From Raillietiella orientalis (taxonomy: Eukaryota): DNA of 64,000 bases. The stretch lies in assembly GCA_036172245.1 (NCBI GenBank), contig JAYWIR010000029.1, positions 1,426,001 through 1,490,000 on the forward strand. The letters run 5' to 3'. Made by a program: the position numbers and the translations under genes. Below are positions 37,663 to 52,183 of the stretch, one piece after another (position 1 is the stretch's first letter; each line of letters opens with the position of its first letter). The notes beneath the pieces are model-generated. The model was not told where the DNA came from, did no database searches, and saw only the letters and a list, made by a program, of their open reading frames with translations.

Positions 37663-40151
37663 TCAAACGCCGCAGAGAGATAAAATGCAGACGCATAGGA
37701 GCATCCTCAAAGTGATAAGAGAAAAAAATATATAGCCGGAAAGAAACAAAAGACTGCAAGGTATCCAAGTCTGCAGGATACTTCCAAAAAAAAAAAATAA
37801 AAAGCGAAAGTTGTGTTGAAAGCTTCACTTAAGAACAGTCGAACTAAGGAGGTTGACTTGAGATTATTCATATTGCAGGAAAATTAAACACACTTTCGTC
37901 TCACCAGATGTACGGAGGCTGCTGTAAATGGGAACTGCAAATGAAAATAGCACAGAGTTGGAGTCCCAAAGCGGGCGCTTCGGATTAGCGATTCCGATGC
38001 TTAAAGAAGTTTCTCTTTGGAGTGCTCATTCTCAAAGATTGACTCCAGGACTATCTGTCTTCCCGAATCAAACGATTTGAAATAACACCCCTGGATAGAA
38101 AGTTACGGCCACAAGACTGTGGTGATGGCGGTAAGTGAATACAGCAATCAGGAAGTACTATACCTCTACAGCTAGAGTGAAAGTGCTCCGTGGTACATTG
38201 CTCTCAGTTTCACGTATTATGACGAATGCTCGATGCTGGGGATTTTGATGTGCCCACGTATGGAGCTGGCTGCTTACGTAACGCTTCTTCGAACACTTGT
38301 TTTTAATATACATTCTTAATGATGAGAGTTCCGTGTAAGCAAAACCCTGATCAGGAGTTTGTTGATATGAAAATGAGGATTGGTGCCTATGGGGAAGTGT
38401 TGCGAGTCTATGGGGAAGGTCAAAGCGCATAGCATAAAAGTGATGTCCACTGCAAACGAGAATTTCATATAAAGAATAGCCACTGTATCGATAAATAACG
38501 ACTATTGCATTCCATCACGATGAATCCTCAAGTTCGATGGCTCCCGTTCTGGACTTCACGTTTGGTCGTTCCCAAAACCATATGAAATGAAATGTCTGGT
38601 GTTCTATGCAACCAACGTTCTTAGCTGGCACGTCGAAATTTGGCACTGCGAAAGAGAGACTAAGGAAATAAATTGGTGTGCAAAACTTGCGTTGCAACCC
38701 ATCACTTCTGTAATTAGACCACGTCTCGCGTAATAGGTTAATAAGCAGCCCTGAAGGTATGAGTGGGTTTCCAAGAGATGGGGATCCTGCAAACTCTTTT
38801 ACGGCTTCTACTGGTCGTTGATGGAACCCTATTTCCAAAACTTTCTCCTCCGCTGTCTCGATGTGCCTTCCAAGTTGCCATTATCCCCATCAGAAATCGG
38901 GGGCGTGATGCTGGAGAATTTGGTGCAGCTATTGGAAACTTAAACCATGCCGAAGGAACGATGGCGGCACAAAGGAAAACTCGATCGACGCAAAAGTCAC
39001 CTCGTTCTTGTAGGAAAATCCTAGCACTAGCATTCTAAGATTTCGGATGCAAAACAGATGCTGCCTTTCTTTTCGCTCTAGGGAAAGAAAAGCAAAAAGA
39101 GCAGCCTTGGTACCCAATGCAGCAGTGAAAAGTTGTTCCCGAAGAAGAAAGTGGAGGTGCTTAAACGGTGGTTACAGATGATATGCCTACAAGCAAGAGT
39201 AATTATCTGGTGTAGGTGGTCTGGAAATCATCTGTTTTACATGCAAAAACGTAGACCAAGGACCACTTATAGAAAGATCTACAGGAAAGGGGAGTGGAGA
39301 CGGATCAAGCTACCTTCTTTCGAACTGAGGACCAACGTTCAGCGTAAATTCGTTCCGTTTGCAGAAAGTTTTTTTCCATTTCCTCCTCTCCAAAAAGAAA
39401 AGCAGTTCCCTTAATTTTTCCGGTTCTGTAGCTATTAAATCATTCCCAGGGAATCTTGCAAGAACCCCCTGGGTTGCTTGAAGAATGGTGAAGTTTGGAT
39501 GATACTTACATGAATTTCTGAAAGTCCAGAAAATGGACTTCCTCTGGCTGTGCTTTTTTTTTACCTGTCTATTTTTCGTTTGTTCCAGTTGCGCTTTCTA
39601 TCATAAAGGACCACCTGCTTGAAAAGCAGAAGCCGTTCCAAAGCTCTGGCCTTCGAGCTGATTGAATCTGATGGGCATCGGTCATTGGAAAGCAGTTTCG
39701 TGGTGCCGAGTCTTTTGTCTAAACCATGCCTACGTTTGGATCCTTTCTGGTGAGAGTTCCATCTTGAAAGAAGACTGAGGAGAAGATGAACGGTAAGTGG
39801 CACTCAACAGAGACGATTTTCAAGTCTATCGGTCTTTAGGCAGCAGGAACCGCAAGGGTCATGGGAAGAAATGGCGATCTTTTGCGCCAATTCAGGTTCA
39901 CGTGCAAATGAAAAAGTCTCGAATTCATCTAATGGTTCTTGGTTTGGAGGGCTTCCACCAGTTCAGCAAACCATGCTCTTCGTGATCTTCGCAGAACTTA
40001 CCGCCACTTTGCCGACCATGACGTGCTTTTATCTATCAAGCCTTCTGAAGCCATACTTCCCCCAAGCTTCTCTCCACCCCACTGCGGTGCTTTAACTCTG
40101 GATAGGCAGCGCTGTCCAATGGATCTCACAGAGTCAACGATCGTGAACCCA

Positions 40152-40353
40152 TCTTTGAGCACGTGAATGGAGAAACAGAGGCCAACTCCTCTGGAAAGAT
40201 CTTCAAATCTCACCCTGGAAGGGAAACAACCTAATCTTACTCCTCAGCTAGCTATCCTCAGGGTATGAGCGACAACTGTGCACATTTGATGCAAGCACAC
40301 GTTCAGAGTGCCAGGTCATTGTAAAGCATTCTATTGGAGCATACGGGAAAGAA
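40152..40353 (+). repeat. ~200-bp repeat, inverted relative to 42441-42650
   Basis: Blocks TCTTTGAGCACGTGAATGGA, AAGATCTTCAAATCTCA, AATCTTACTCCTCAGCTAGCTATCCTC and GAGTGCCAGGTCATTG recur as reverse complements at 42.4-42.65 kb. Confidence 0.9.
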
Positions 40354-42440
40354 CTCTCGAAGAAACTTCTTTTATTGATTCATAAAAATTAATGGCGTGT
40401 TCCGTGAATTCCTATAAAGGCACATTCATTTTCTTATAATAAGCAAAGATCATAAATAAAAATCATACAATCGTATTTATAGATAATGCAATAGCTAATA
40501 GCATAAGGAAACCAACTGCATTAATATACAGTACATATGTAATGCAATGTTAAGAGCACGTGAAATGCCAGATGTTCTCAGAGAAAGAACTCGGTGTGCA
40601 CTCCAAGGAATGAGATCCAGAATGGGAAAACAGCATCCGCTGTTGGGAGGTTTCAGCATCTTCTCGTACGGCGATGGGGCGATTTTTCAAGAGGCAGCAT
40701 GTGAAAATCCAGTGAGTCAAGTGGTTTACCCCGAACCATGAAGATAGTTAATTGCTCTCGAATCGACAAATGGTGGACCAGTCCATCGAATGAGAAATAC
40801 CGATTAATCATGTACAAATCGACATAACAATTCTCATCACTTTTTATTGAAGGGCTTGCAACACGAACCAACGAAGTCTTGGAACCTGGAGCGCCTGACG
40901 TGAATTCACCAAGAGTTTCAGGATTTCGTAAAGCGCTGCTCACGAAGAAGAGACGTGGAGCAAAAAAAAAACGAAAAAAAAGGCCTTGATTGACAAACAT
41001 CCCGTGAAAGCGTCGAGGATTTCCCTCGATCTGATTAGCGCTCACGGTGAAAATGGATGCAAGGAGGTTTGAGTTGACCTACGATGTTCGGATCTCTTGG
41101 ACACATACGGAAACTTACTTTCTCCTCTCGACAAAAACTAGAATTCCTTCGCGAGAATTCCTTCCTTTCGAGCAAACCGAGTGGAAAACTCAAACATTTT
41201 CGAATGGAGATTACTCCTTGGAATCCGCGATGTGCACCAAAGAAAGGATCGTAACTCTTGCATCAACGGTAGAAAAGATCATCAACCTTCCTTCCCGAGT
41301 ATCTTTGCGTTTCCAGAGACACTTGTCTCTTGGGTTCGCATCTGCGTCGACTCCACATCTTGATACACACACGCATGTGTGTGTTGGCACGCTGCCGGAA
41401 TCGACCACGTCTCTGCTTTTCAACACGGCGCTCCTTTTTTGAGTTCGTTCCGCGTTAATCCGTACGAAAAAAAAAAAAAAAGCCTTTGAACTTGAAAAGA
41501 TTCGGCTGGCTGCGCAAGAACGAAAGGTATCCTTTCCTTTGATTCTTGCCTATGTCCATTACATTAGAAAACTCTTCTGCAACTGACGTTTCAGTCTGAA
41601 CCTATTCAAGATTCCTCGTGCAGATTGTTATGAGCCAATTTTGTTCGGTTATGAGACACCATGCAAAGCACTAGCGCCTACCAAGGTGAAGAAACCTCAA
41701 TCTAGGAACAGAAACCCATGGTAGGGTTCCCATGCAGAATGCCATAATGAACTCTCTCGACTTCGATGCTGTCGATGGCGTTCCTACTTAAGATGAAAAT
41801 GAGATGAGGACATTGCGTATTCAGCCTGAGTTTGCCCGTTGAGCTTAGAGCGCCTTTCATTTGCCAGAACACAAAATTGATGGCTTGGAGAAGAGCTGCA
41901 GGACTAGAGGTGTCAGGGGTAGTACAGGCGTACGTACCATCGTCCACCTGTACGTACGCTCTGAGGGCTCCAACCTGAGCTCTAACTCCATGAATAGAGC
42001 CTTCGAATACCATTTTGGCCAATTGGCAAGATGAGTATTTTATAAATGAAATAAATGATGAAGCAGATTTGCTTCATCTGTATTTTCTTAAAAGACTGAC
42101 GAAAATAAAAAAAAAAGAAAATTCTTTCAGTTTAGTTATAGTTGAAGCTCAGCAGCATCAAAACATTCTTGATAGAGGATCTCACGAAAAATTCAGGTGA
42201 TCAAATGGAACCCTGGCGTTTATGGGCAATAGATATGTCGGAATAGGATATTTGCATGGGAATGAAAGAACTCTGAACCAAGTATAGGATGAATCTTGTG
42301 TGCTCACACCCATAACCACGCTCATTTCGCTGATAGTTTTATTCTCATTATTTAAACACAAGCTGGATGTAAGGTGATGAATGTTATGGATTTGAAGGAA
42401 GAATTCCTTATGAAGAGCAGCAGCTTCTTCATGATCTCCA

Positions 42441-42650
42441 TTCTTTCCCGGATGCTCAAATAGAATGCCTTGCAATGACCTGGCACTCCGAACGTATGTT
42501 TGCATCAAACTCATATATATGTGCACAGTTGCCGCTCATATCCCGAGGATAGCTAGCTGAGGAGTAAGATTATATTTCCTTTCCGGAGTAATGAGATTTG
42601 AAGATCTTCCCAGAGGAACAGGCCGCGGTTTCCATTCACGTGCTCAAAGA
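42441..42650 (-). repeat. ~200-bp repeat, inverted partner of 40152-40353
   Basis: Reverse complement of the blocks listed for the partner at 40152-40353. Confidence 0.9.
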
Positions 42651-45600
42651 CGAGTTTACAGCCTGCGAAAAAATTCCTGGTTGGAAATTTTGCTAGGAAT
42701 CTCAGAATGCATCCGAGCAAGATTTCGGATCAGACCAACAGATATATGCTCTGTTCTGGATGCTTCAGAAGTTTCCCTTCTTTTCTGTGTTGGGAGCACC
42801 GTTTGTCTTCCGCGAAGATCATACTCTCGGTTCACTTATCTGATGGAGAATCGGCTCAGTAACTGGGAGCAATAAGTCAATTTATCTTTAAGTATACTTT
42901 GCATCCCTATAGCATGACCGCTTTTGCTTCCTTCGTCAAGTGATTCTTCCGCTGTCAACTTCGGATTGGCTGATTTTTGCAGCTTTCTATAGAGCATCCT
43001 TTTTGAAGGGCTTGAACCCGATGGGTATCCAAGCATGCTTGCTGTCTGTTTGTCTTTCCTGGTTCACTAACTAGAAAACATGTCTGTTATTATGGAATAA
43101 ACTCAGTAGGTCATAAAATACTTGGCAAGATGGGATCACATAATGGTGTAGTCTTTGAGAATAAAAGAGAATTTGCTGGTTAAGATGAGGATGTAAGTGA
43201 CAATCTCTCCAGTATTTCAGTAAATGGAACGCTTTGCAGCACGCTTTGCTAAATTATTTAGGTCGTTGGGTATCTTTAATGAGAATCCCAAAACCTACGA
43301 CCTTGGATCGTTTGCATAGGTTCACATTCACATTTCCTATTACTGTTCTGCCTAGGGATTCTATTTGTGCGCTGCTCTTCTCTCTTAAAGAGCGAATTCA
43401 TTATTTTCGATCAGCTTGTGTTTTCCGATCTCTTCAGCGTTGTTGTTGTTGTTGTTGTTGTCGCCTTCAGCGCCACCACTGGTCGTCATCACCTTCAGTT
43501 GTCTTTGTCGTCTGTCCTCTCAGTGTTCCGGGGATTCGCACGTCTTTTAAATGATCCTTATCCTTATCTTGGTGACTAAGATATTGAAAACCAAACGGTA
43601 CCTGTGCGCCCTCATCATATGTGCACGTGGATTCCCGATTCTTGCACAGCGTTTCGAAGGACAAAGTGCCTTCGTCCATTTTGCGAATATACAAATTCCG
43701 TTTCTTAGTTTTGTTCTGCCTACTGCAGAGCGAATCGTCTTTTGCCTTGGAATGATGTAGCTTTGTGTAGCAGCTGAGCTGGCTAAATCCGTCTTTGGGA
43801 AAAGAAGTAATCTCTTAACGATGGTTCTTGATTTTCTCAATGATGAACCTCATTGTACGATGTTAGAAGATCGCTGTTAATTGCGATGTTGAATCATGCT
43901 GCCAAGCGAAGTCAGGTATATTAACGCATTTCCCTATTCTTTATTTTTTGTGATGAATTCTTTATTTTTTATTCTTCTGTCTTCCAGTTTCGTGATCTAT
44001 AATTTTGCCAATGCCAAGGGTATTTAGCTTCCGGTGCTCTGTCTTCCTTTCGACCCTGCAGCACTCGCAGGAGCTGTTCAGGCACTTTCCTAGATATTCT
44101 CTGCAACCAAAGCGAATCTCCCAGCTGAGAGAAGTTTTCCTGATTCCTGCAAGTAAAGCAGCCTGGTAGATCTCCACAGTTCATCCTGGAACATCAAATC
44201 ATATTTCGGTCGTTGGATTCGGCTCGAGAAGTTTATCCCTTCAAGGAACATTCCTTCAAAGACTGAAAAAATCCAACCTCGAGGGCGATCAATCAGAAGG
44301 CAATAAACCATGCAAATGCATTCAATTACAAAGCAGAATTACAAGAGATAGTGTTGACGAAGGTTATGCGCAAACATTCTTTCAGGCACACACCTCTTTG
44401 CCATTCTTCCTGATATTTTTCAATGGCATCTTATTTTTATGGATTTTTTGAAAATCCCCTTTTTCATCTTGCTAGAAGCACTTTGGCCCGATGAACGAAT
44501 GATGTACAGCGAGGCTCAGATGACACAGCCTGTTCGGGTTTGACTGAGTTCCTTGGATGCTTGAACAGCGAAGAAGGAGCTGACGTTCCCTTTTTGCTTT
44601 CTTCTGCTGCATGAGTAAACGACTTCATTTTCCCTGTTCTTCACTTTATCGGAGTCCTTGAACGCGCAAAGTTTCCTGCACTTAATTGCCTCCTACTGAA
44701 ACCAACTGCCTTGCGATTCAAAACATTCAATTAACTGCAAGGTATTCATCGATCCGTCGTTGCAGTTGTGGGCCATAGGCAATTCACGGATGGAAGCTCT
44801 CTTGCTGAGGGGTATCTCAGACTAGACAGACTTCCCCTGAAGATTTCAGCTGAGGCGGGCGATTCTTCATTCAATCCGTGTTTGCCACTTCCGGCACAAA
44901 CTACGCAAGTGTTTGCTTGGAAAGGGAACCATATGAGCGCAAGTGTTTGCTTCTATGGTTTCCCTGGACGTAACCTGAAAATGGAAAGGATGGTTGGAAG
45001 TCTCCGAGTGCAAAATTGAATTGGCATCGCAGCTGGGCCGGAGCGGCACGCATTTCGAGAGTCTTCTATTTTCGCTAAGTTGGGCAATACGTCCATAAGG
45101 TACGTTCGGTCCATTGTACGATTTCTTTGAGGAATTCTCGTCAAGAGCAAGATGACGACTTGAGAATTCGGCTCGAGCATTTCACGCAGGGATAAGCGCT
45201 GGAGCCAGCGTGTCATCAAGGCATATGTAAAAAAGCAACTCGAAGGATGCAAGTACGAAAAAGAAGGATCCGAAAAGCGCCCCCGTCTGCTATGTTGAAC
45301 CCTTTCTGATAGGATTGGAGTGTAACCCCAATCCCCCTTTTTTACACGAAAGATGGAAACATGATGGCGAAACTCCTAGGAAATCGTCGTGTGCCCTTCC
45401 CACAGGTGGGCTTTCTATCTTTAATCAAATACCTTCCAGTAGAAAAATTAGTGATTGCAAATATGGGCTGCTTCGAACAGGACAAGGATCTTGTCATGGA
45501 GAAAACACATCCATGATTCGCAGCTTCTTTGGAGAGATTTAAGTCTCTAATAAAAAGTAATGATTAAGTAGTGATGTGATATCTACCATTTCTTCCATCG

Positions 45601-45911
45601 TTTCCCACTGGAGATGAATAAAATCCTCCTGCTCCGGCATCTGGTCAATACCGAAAATCAATTTCCCACGAAATTGCATTTTCGAGCACAAAGTAAAAGC
45701 AAGCAGCGTTGAAAATAACCATTCAGGGATAACTTTATGATGACAAGGTACCAATGTGGAGAATGGAAATTACATCAAGAGTAATGAATGATCCCTCCTG
45801 GCGGTATGAAATGTCAATGCATTCCGAACAGCGCCGACACAGCAGTCCCGTGTGCGACCTATGGACTACGAGCCCGTAACAGCCTCATGGTGCTAAGGAA
45901 CAATCTGGAAA

Positions 45912-46220
45912 ACAAACAGGAAAGATATTTTCTCACAAAATAATATTTCAGACCCTTTCATTAATCTCTTCCTACTTGGATTATTTTGCTGTATATGCCT
46001 GTTTTATCTATTTAGAGTACTTTGCGAAATTAAATATATATATATACACTCATAATTTTGCACAGTAAGCTAGTGTACATACATATATATATACATATAA
46101 TTTTATAAAGTAATTTAAATAGATTAAACAGACACATACAGCAAAATAATCCAAGTAGGAAGGAAGAGATTGATTAATTAAAGGGTCTGAAATATTTCGT
46201 AAGAAAATATCCTTGTTTGT
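45912..46220. repeat. ~300-bp imperfect palindrome (foldback/MITE-like)
   Basis: Left arm GATATTTTCT...AATATTTCAGACCCTTT...TTCCTACTTGGATTATTTTGCTGTAT pairs with right arm ATACAGCAAAATAATCCAAGTAGGAA...AAAGGGTCTGAAATATT...AGAAAATATC. Confidence 0.9.
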
Positions 46221-48949
46221 GTTATATATATATATATATAATTTGCACAGCAAGCTAGTATTATATATATACTTTCGTTATGTATACATACACTAGCTTG
46301 CAGCTAGTGTATGTGTATATTAGCTTACATCTTATCGGAGTCCCTTCTGTCATATATATATATATATATGACAGACATATCTACTATGTGTAGCTACAGA
46401 AGTTTCATATTATTTGATTTTAATCATTTAGATTTATCCATGAGATCCCACATTTAGATACTGATAGGAACAATCATGAATGAGAAGAAATCCTTTGATG
46501 ACTTCTTAATTCGCTCAAAGCGTGCACAAACCCAATTAGAAACATTCCTAAGCAATACTTCCTTTAAAAAGGTTTCTTTGGAATGTCTAGAAGATGGAAT
46601 TTGTCAAAAATAGATGAATTATTGAACTTTCCAAGTGGTAAAGCTTATCAGCGTGAAGTGCGATACACCTGAATCACTCATTACCAAAATGCGTTCTTCC
46701 GCAACACTCTTCCTTGTGATCTGCTCCTGGGCTCACACTGCCATTCCTACCAATATTCGAGCGCCATAATGACCACTTGGGAATTATCAAGAAACAGAGC
46801 CATTGATCGTGAAAGGTCTATTTTATATACCTCATATCCTCTTCCTTCACATGAGCGCCTCCACAGGCATTGTGAGTAATCTGCAGTCTGTGTCCTGGCA
46901 GCATTGCCTGTGAGGAAAGCGGGAATTTTACCAGCATCTCCGGCGGTTGCGATTCGTGAAGAACTGAGCACAGCCACTCGGAATTCCTATCAAGGGATTC
47001 TCATGGATTCAAATAAACTGAGACAGATCGCGAAATAGTGCTCTGCGCATTATTTCACAATGGTGGTGACTTCCGCGTGCCACAACAGAATAGGAAGGTC
47101 CAGTCAGTTACCTCGTCAGATGTGGAAAACTGACTTTCAAGAATCCTTGCAGACCGGGAGAAGAACTCGACTGCTCAATCCGACCAGAATCCAAATAGCC
47201 TGAAAGGAGGTGTCCGTTTTTTTCGGTGGTTTTTCATGAAAACCTTAGAAGACGTAAACCTCTACCCACCCATACCCCTAACTCACGAGGTTTCTTAGTT
47301 GAAAACAACGTGGATAGTGTCCCTTGTTTTCATATAAGCTTGTTTGTTTGAATACTATTTCTTTTCTGCTGTCTCAATTAGAGTGATGATTTTTTTTCCG
47401 TATATATATGTATAAAACTGAAGAAAGCAATTAATATTCGTTTGAAGAGTATCATATAAATCAACTCAGCAGCTAGTATTCCCACTCAATTAAAGAAGCT
47501 CTTCAAAAAAAGAAGTAGACTCATCAAATCACGATATCAAATAAATTATGTAAATAGCATACTTGTTATGCAGTACTCATAGTGGTTCGCTCCATCGCAA
47601 GGCCTTTTTCGTGTGAGAGATAAAAAGAGCACAGGACTTTTTTGAGAATACATCAAAATGCTGCCATTAATATACCAGGAGCTAGAGATCAGAAAGAGAT
47701 TGGAACATGCCGGTCTATGTGCTCAAATTTTGTCACAGATCGACACTTAGCAAAAAGAGTGTTTCTTTCAGCTTACTTAAATTGCCTTACAATGAAATAC
47801 ATTGTAAAGCACTTAGTCAATCGTTATGGAGCAATTCGGAAGAAATAAGCAAGGGGTGTATGATCTGTAGCATTTTCGTATTATTGATGCATCTTTTCAT
47901 TTTTTTTCCCCCCCCTATTTTGAAAAAGTATCGTGACATAATATGAGATTACTTTATGGGAATTCAAAAGCTCTTGGAGCTGAAAATTAAATCACGGAAG
48001 GCCAACATAAATTGCGGAAACATCCCAAATTTCCTATTTCTATTTGTACAGTCCTTGTATTACGAAAGTGTGCATGTGTAACACATCGTGAATTGCAAGC
48101 AGAAGCTTAGCTACAGTATGCCCCCAAACTTCTTTAGATGCAGAGGCAGTTAATCCTCCTTCAAAAAATACAGGACTGAAAATCGAAGGGAAGCTCTCTA
48201 AACAAGTTTCCAGAGCTGTTCAAAAGCAAACGCACCCTCTGGATTACGAAAATATAGCAGTATTTGAGTGAAATATGATCTAGGAGGACTGCCTGGATAC
48301 CTGTGGCTGGAAGGATGGTATACTGATTAAAACACATGAAGAAAACTTGATCTCCACATACTGCAGGAGTTCCTCTAGTGCGTCACATCATCAGACATCA
48401 GCTGATCAGAACTGCAGCACCATAAATTAAAAGGAAGGCAGCATGCATCACCCAAAGTTTATAATAGATCAATCATCGATTTTGTCCATACAAGGTTCTG
48501 GATATTGATACGTTTGTAACTAGAAGCTGCCACTTCTTATCAAGGTCCCTGTTCCTCTGGCTTCAGTGCCTTGTTTTCTAACTGACCACCCCTGCATTTG
48601 TCGGACTAAGGCTTTCCTGTGATTGTGTATCTTGTTTGGATGAGTGTTTGGTATAGAAGTGATCGAGACATTTTTGATGAGATTAAGAGCTCAGTGTGAG
48701 AATTGACACGAGGTGACACGAAAAGTCACCCTCACCGCCCTCGATCGCAGTTTCCATCCCACAAATTTCATTTGTCGTGTCTTTTTTTTTTCTTCTTGAC
48801 GGTCGCACTTATCCTCTATGGCTCCCAAAAATCTCTTCGATGGCTGAGACGCCTGTATAAAGCACCGAAGAGAAATGCATCGAGTGCTGAGGCCACTGAG
48901 TTCAGAGACACGTTTTCGTCGAGCTGATCATCCTGTTTAACTTTGGATT

Positions 48950-50400
48950 GGTTTTAGAAGAGTGCTTCAGTACTGAGGAACCTGAGAAAGAAGGATTTCC
49001 ATCCGGCGACAACCTTCAAGCATCAATCTTTCGATGAGTTGCGCGATTTTCTCAGGCAAAGAGAAGCCCGTCGAGCATCCTGGAAGCAACCCGACGGAGG
49101 CAATTCGATTGGGAGTTACCATCCAGCAGCAGAGTAAGCGAATACAAAGTGTTTACTTACCAGCTGGCAAGTTTATGGTTTCTTCTCAGCGGGAGCTCCA
49201 GTCTGCAAGATGCAAGCTTTTTTGTATGCTGTGAGGATTCCTTGTGAAATATGAAGCAGTCGTGTTCGTGCTGCGGTTTGTAATCTTGGATAACAGTTTG
49301 AAAACTGGTTTCGCAAATTTGTAACCGAAGCCCGAAGAGCGAGAAGATTTCAAAACGGATCCAAATCAGCAAGCGGATGCTCATTGGACCCAGCAAAGAA
49401 ACACCGGCAGCATAAATTTCCTCAAGATGCGTTTGAACGCGAAGCTGAGACACATGTGGTTTTGACCTGCTACGTGCTGCTGCCAGGATCGTGGGAAGAA
49501 CGAACCGAACACATAGCCAAGCTCAGTAGCCGCCTCGGAATTGAAGCGACCGACCAGAAAATACCACTGGCACTTGCTCACCTGGAGTCAAAGTTCAGTG
49601 TGCAGCCGGCTGCAAGGCAGCAGTATCGCAGAGTTTTTCATTTCTGGAAGAAGAAAAGAAAAAAAGCCTGCAAATGCAAACGAAAAAGGTGCATCCTCCC
49701 GTGCATGACATCAGAAATGGTTTTCGGAGCAGTGAGTTTTGGAGATGATGATGAACGAACCTGGAGACCCGCATTGGACGACTTCAAGAAAGCATTCGTT
49801 GAGACACGTGAAGCATTCCTCTATAGAGAAATTCCTTGTGAGTTGCTTGTGTTTGGGTGCGTTTGGGTGTGTGTGTGTGTGTGTGTGTTGCGTGCCATGT
49901 ATTTTTTGAGACAAGTCGAGAGCGGTTGCTAAGAGAAACCGTCTGAGAAGGCGCAAGAAGAAAGTAGCATGCAACCTGGGAGGACTGTTTGCACAAATCC
50001 CGCTTAGCGGCCAAAGCACTCGGAAAGCGTGCTCACGTAGAGCTGGCTTCCGGTCGCTGACGTCTCCCCCCCTTCCAACTGGAAGAAGCTTTGGATAAAG
50101 TGTTACTTCAGATGAGAACTGGGAGATGCAGTCAGTGTGCACAAAGGGCGTTGTCACTTACAGCTTCGGACCAGCTGATGAAACGAGGTTTGTCTGCTTC
50201 CAGCGGAAGTGTTCAGCATTCTGTCAACGCAGTTGCAGAGAATGGGCGTACAGACATTTGCTCTGGAATGCATCCGTGGAGAACTTTGACAAACGTGCTG
50301 TGCTTGAACATAGTGTTTCCTTGTCAAACTCAGAAGGAAACGAAATAGCTTTAGAGATCACGATGGTTCTTGTAATCTGCAATTGCTTCTTTTAATGAAA
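48950..50400 (+). CDS. putative multi-exon gene, unknown product
   Basis: Protein-like segments SWEERTEHIAKLSSRLGIEATDQKIPLALAHLESK and CILPCMTSEMVFGAVSFGDDDERTWRPALDDFKKAFVETREAFLYREIP, followed by a GTGAG donor and a (GT)n-containing intron. No family recognised. Confidence 0.35.
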
Positions 50401-51515
50401 CAGACAGTTTTGATGGACCAGTTGGGGAAGCGAAGTTTCCTGGAAATCCCTTCCTTCCTTCTGCAGCATCGCTTTCGGATTCCTGATTTTGACTCGGATC
50501 AGATATTGAGGGATTCAAGCTAACGTCCTCGTTTAGAGACTCAAAACAGCCATGAGCCAATACATGCAATTGCATTGGAATTGTTCCCTCACCTTCAAAG
50601 GTAAATCCAAACCTTCTTCATCTTCAGTATACTTCCTCTATAAAGCAAAATGAGTTTCGGTTAAACTTTCATGTTGTCCTCTTTCGGTCGCATTCTAAAT
50701 TATCCTTCTATTGGCCCATTCCTGTTGCTTAAAATTCGAGCAGCCCAACATCAAGAATCAACGAAGGTTCGCGAACACACAGAGTGAATGGATTGACGTG
50801 CTAAAAATCCATTAGATTATTTTATTTGCTTCATTCCCACGTGGTCGGGGGATCACGTTTATGTGATGCGAGAGATGCACCTCTTGCGTGTTGACCTATT
50901 CGTGAGAGGCTCAATGAAGCTGAGTTGATAAGGAGGTTTCGATTTCCAGACGCCAAATGGTAGAAAGGTAGGAGGCTATCAAAAAAGTGACTATTCGGAG
51001 CATTTGAAGGGGGGCAGAATGAATCCTGGTTGATGGTCCCGAAGTCTTTGAGCATCCTCCGTTTTGCGCGCGCTCACAATGAGCAGAATCGTTGCGAAAT
51101 GTATGGGTAGCATTTGTATGTATTGCGAGACGTACGCAGCATCGTACAAGGCTCATGCGTCAGAATGGACCGCGTCCCGCTGAGAGGAGGCGCGCGATGT
51201 TGGCCAACGCGCAGGCGCGTTCGGAGCTCGCGATCAGGCGGGAAGGTCGGTCTCGCAAGAGCAGAGAATTGGCATTTCCGCGACCCCGTCGCACGGCGAC
51301 GCGAGGAACGCACCGCGGCGAGCCGAGCGCCTCGTTCTCGCGAGGCGCCCCGCGCGCCTTTTTTCTCCGTTCGCTTCCCGAGCGAGCCGCCCTGAGCGAG
51401 CGTTGCGTAATCGCCGCTTCATGGGGGACGTATCCCACGCAAATCTTCGGATCCGAAAAAGGGAAGGGAAGCCGAGAGGTCAAAAGAGCCTGCTGCTCCC
51501 TCTACGTGCCGCCAA

Positions 51516-51518
<3 letters not shown>

Positions 51519-51556
<38 letters not shown>
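51519..51556. repeat. (AC)19 microsatellite
   Basis: Read directly from the sequence. Confidence 0.95.
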
Positions 51557-51560
<4 letters not shown>

Positions 51561-52183
51561 CTCTTTTAGCGCGTAACTGAGAAACTGAGCTTGGATTGCA
51601 CGAAAAAATAAGCAAGCAGTGATCAAAGGATCAGCAGTAACGTTCATTTTGATTTTTAAAAAACATGCTTGAAAGCGACATGCTTAAGACACTTCGGTGA
51701 GCACGTGATTCTCGAAGACAATTATCAAGGTGATTTAATCATGAAACACATGAAACCATGCCTGATGATGGGAACTTATTTTGCAAAACACTTTTACAGG
51801 AAGTGCAAACACACAGCTGAGGGCTAGCAAGAGTGTTTTTTCATAGTCGACGAATGGACTTTTCGTTCCGGTGTGTGGTAGCGAAATGACTTAATCTCCT
51901 TGAAATGTGAAGATTCCTCCCTTTTTTTTTTTTTTTTTCCTCTTCCTTTGAGTGGATTCTGCTCGCGTGCGCTCTCACGGCTCACAGGCTCCCTTTACTG
52001 AATCAGTTAATGGACCCAATCTTTCCTCATCCCATCACGAGTTTTAAATGGAAGGAATTTTCACCCTCCTGTTGGTTCATCTCAGTTTGTTACGAAGTTC
52101 GAGGATCTTTCCAAAGTCTAATCATCTGCATCATCAAGTGAACTAATGGATTATTCTCGGGGAAAAAAATTAGAAACAACGAA

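Noticed and set aside
44900..44975. TBC-domain GYVQG motif (minus strand)
   Set aside because: The following residues (NHRSKH) do not fit, and no IxxDxxR motif was seen.
51160..51430. RNase P/MRP-like structured RNA (GGGAAGGTC motif, very CpG-rich)
   Set aside because: No complementary P4/CR-V partner was found downstream. The segment is equally explained as a GC-rich exon or promoter.
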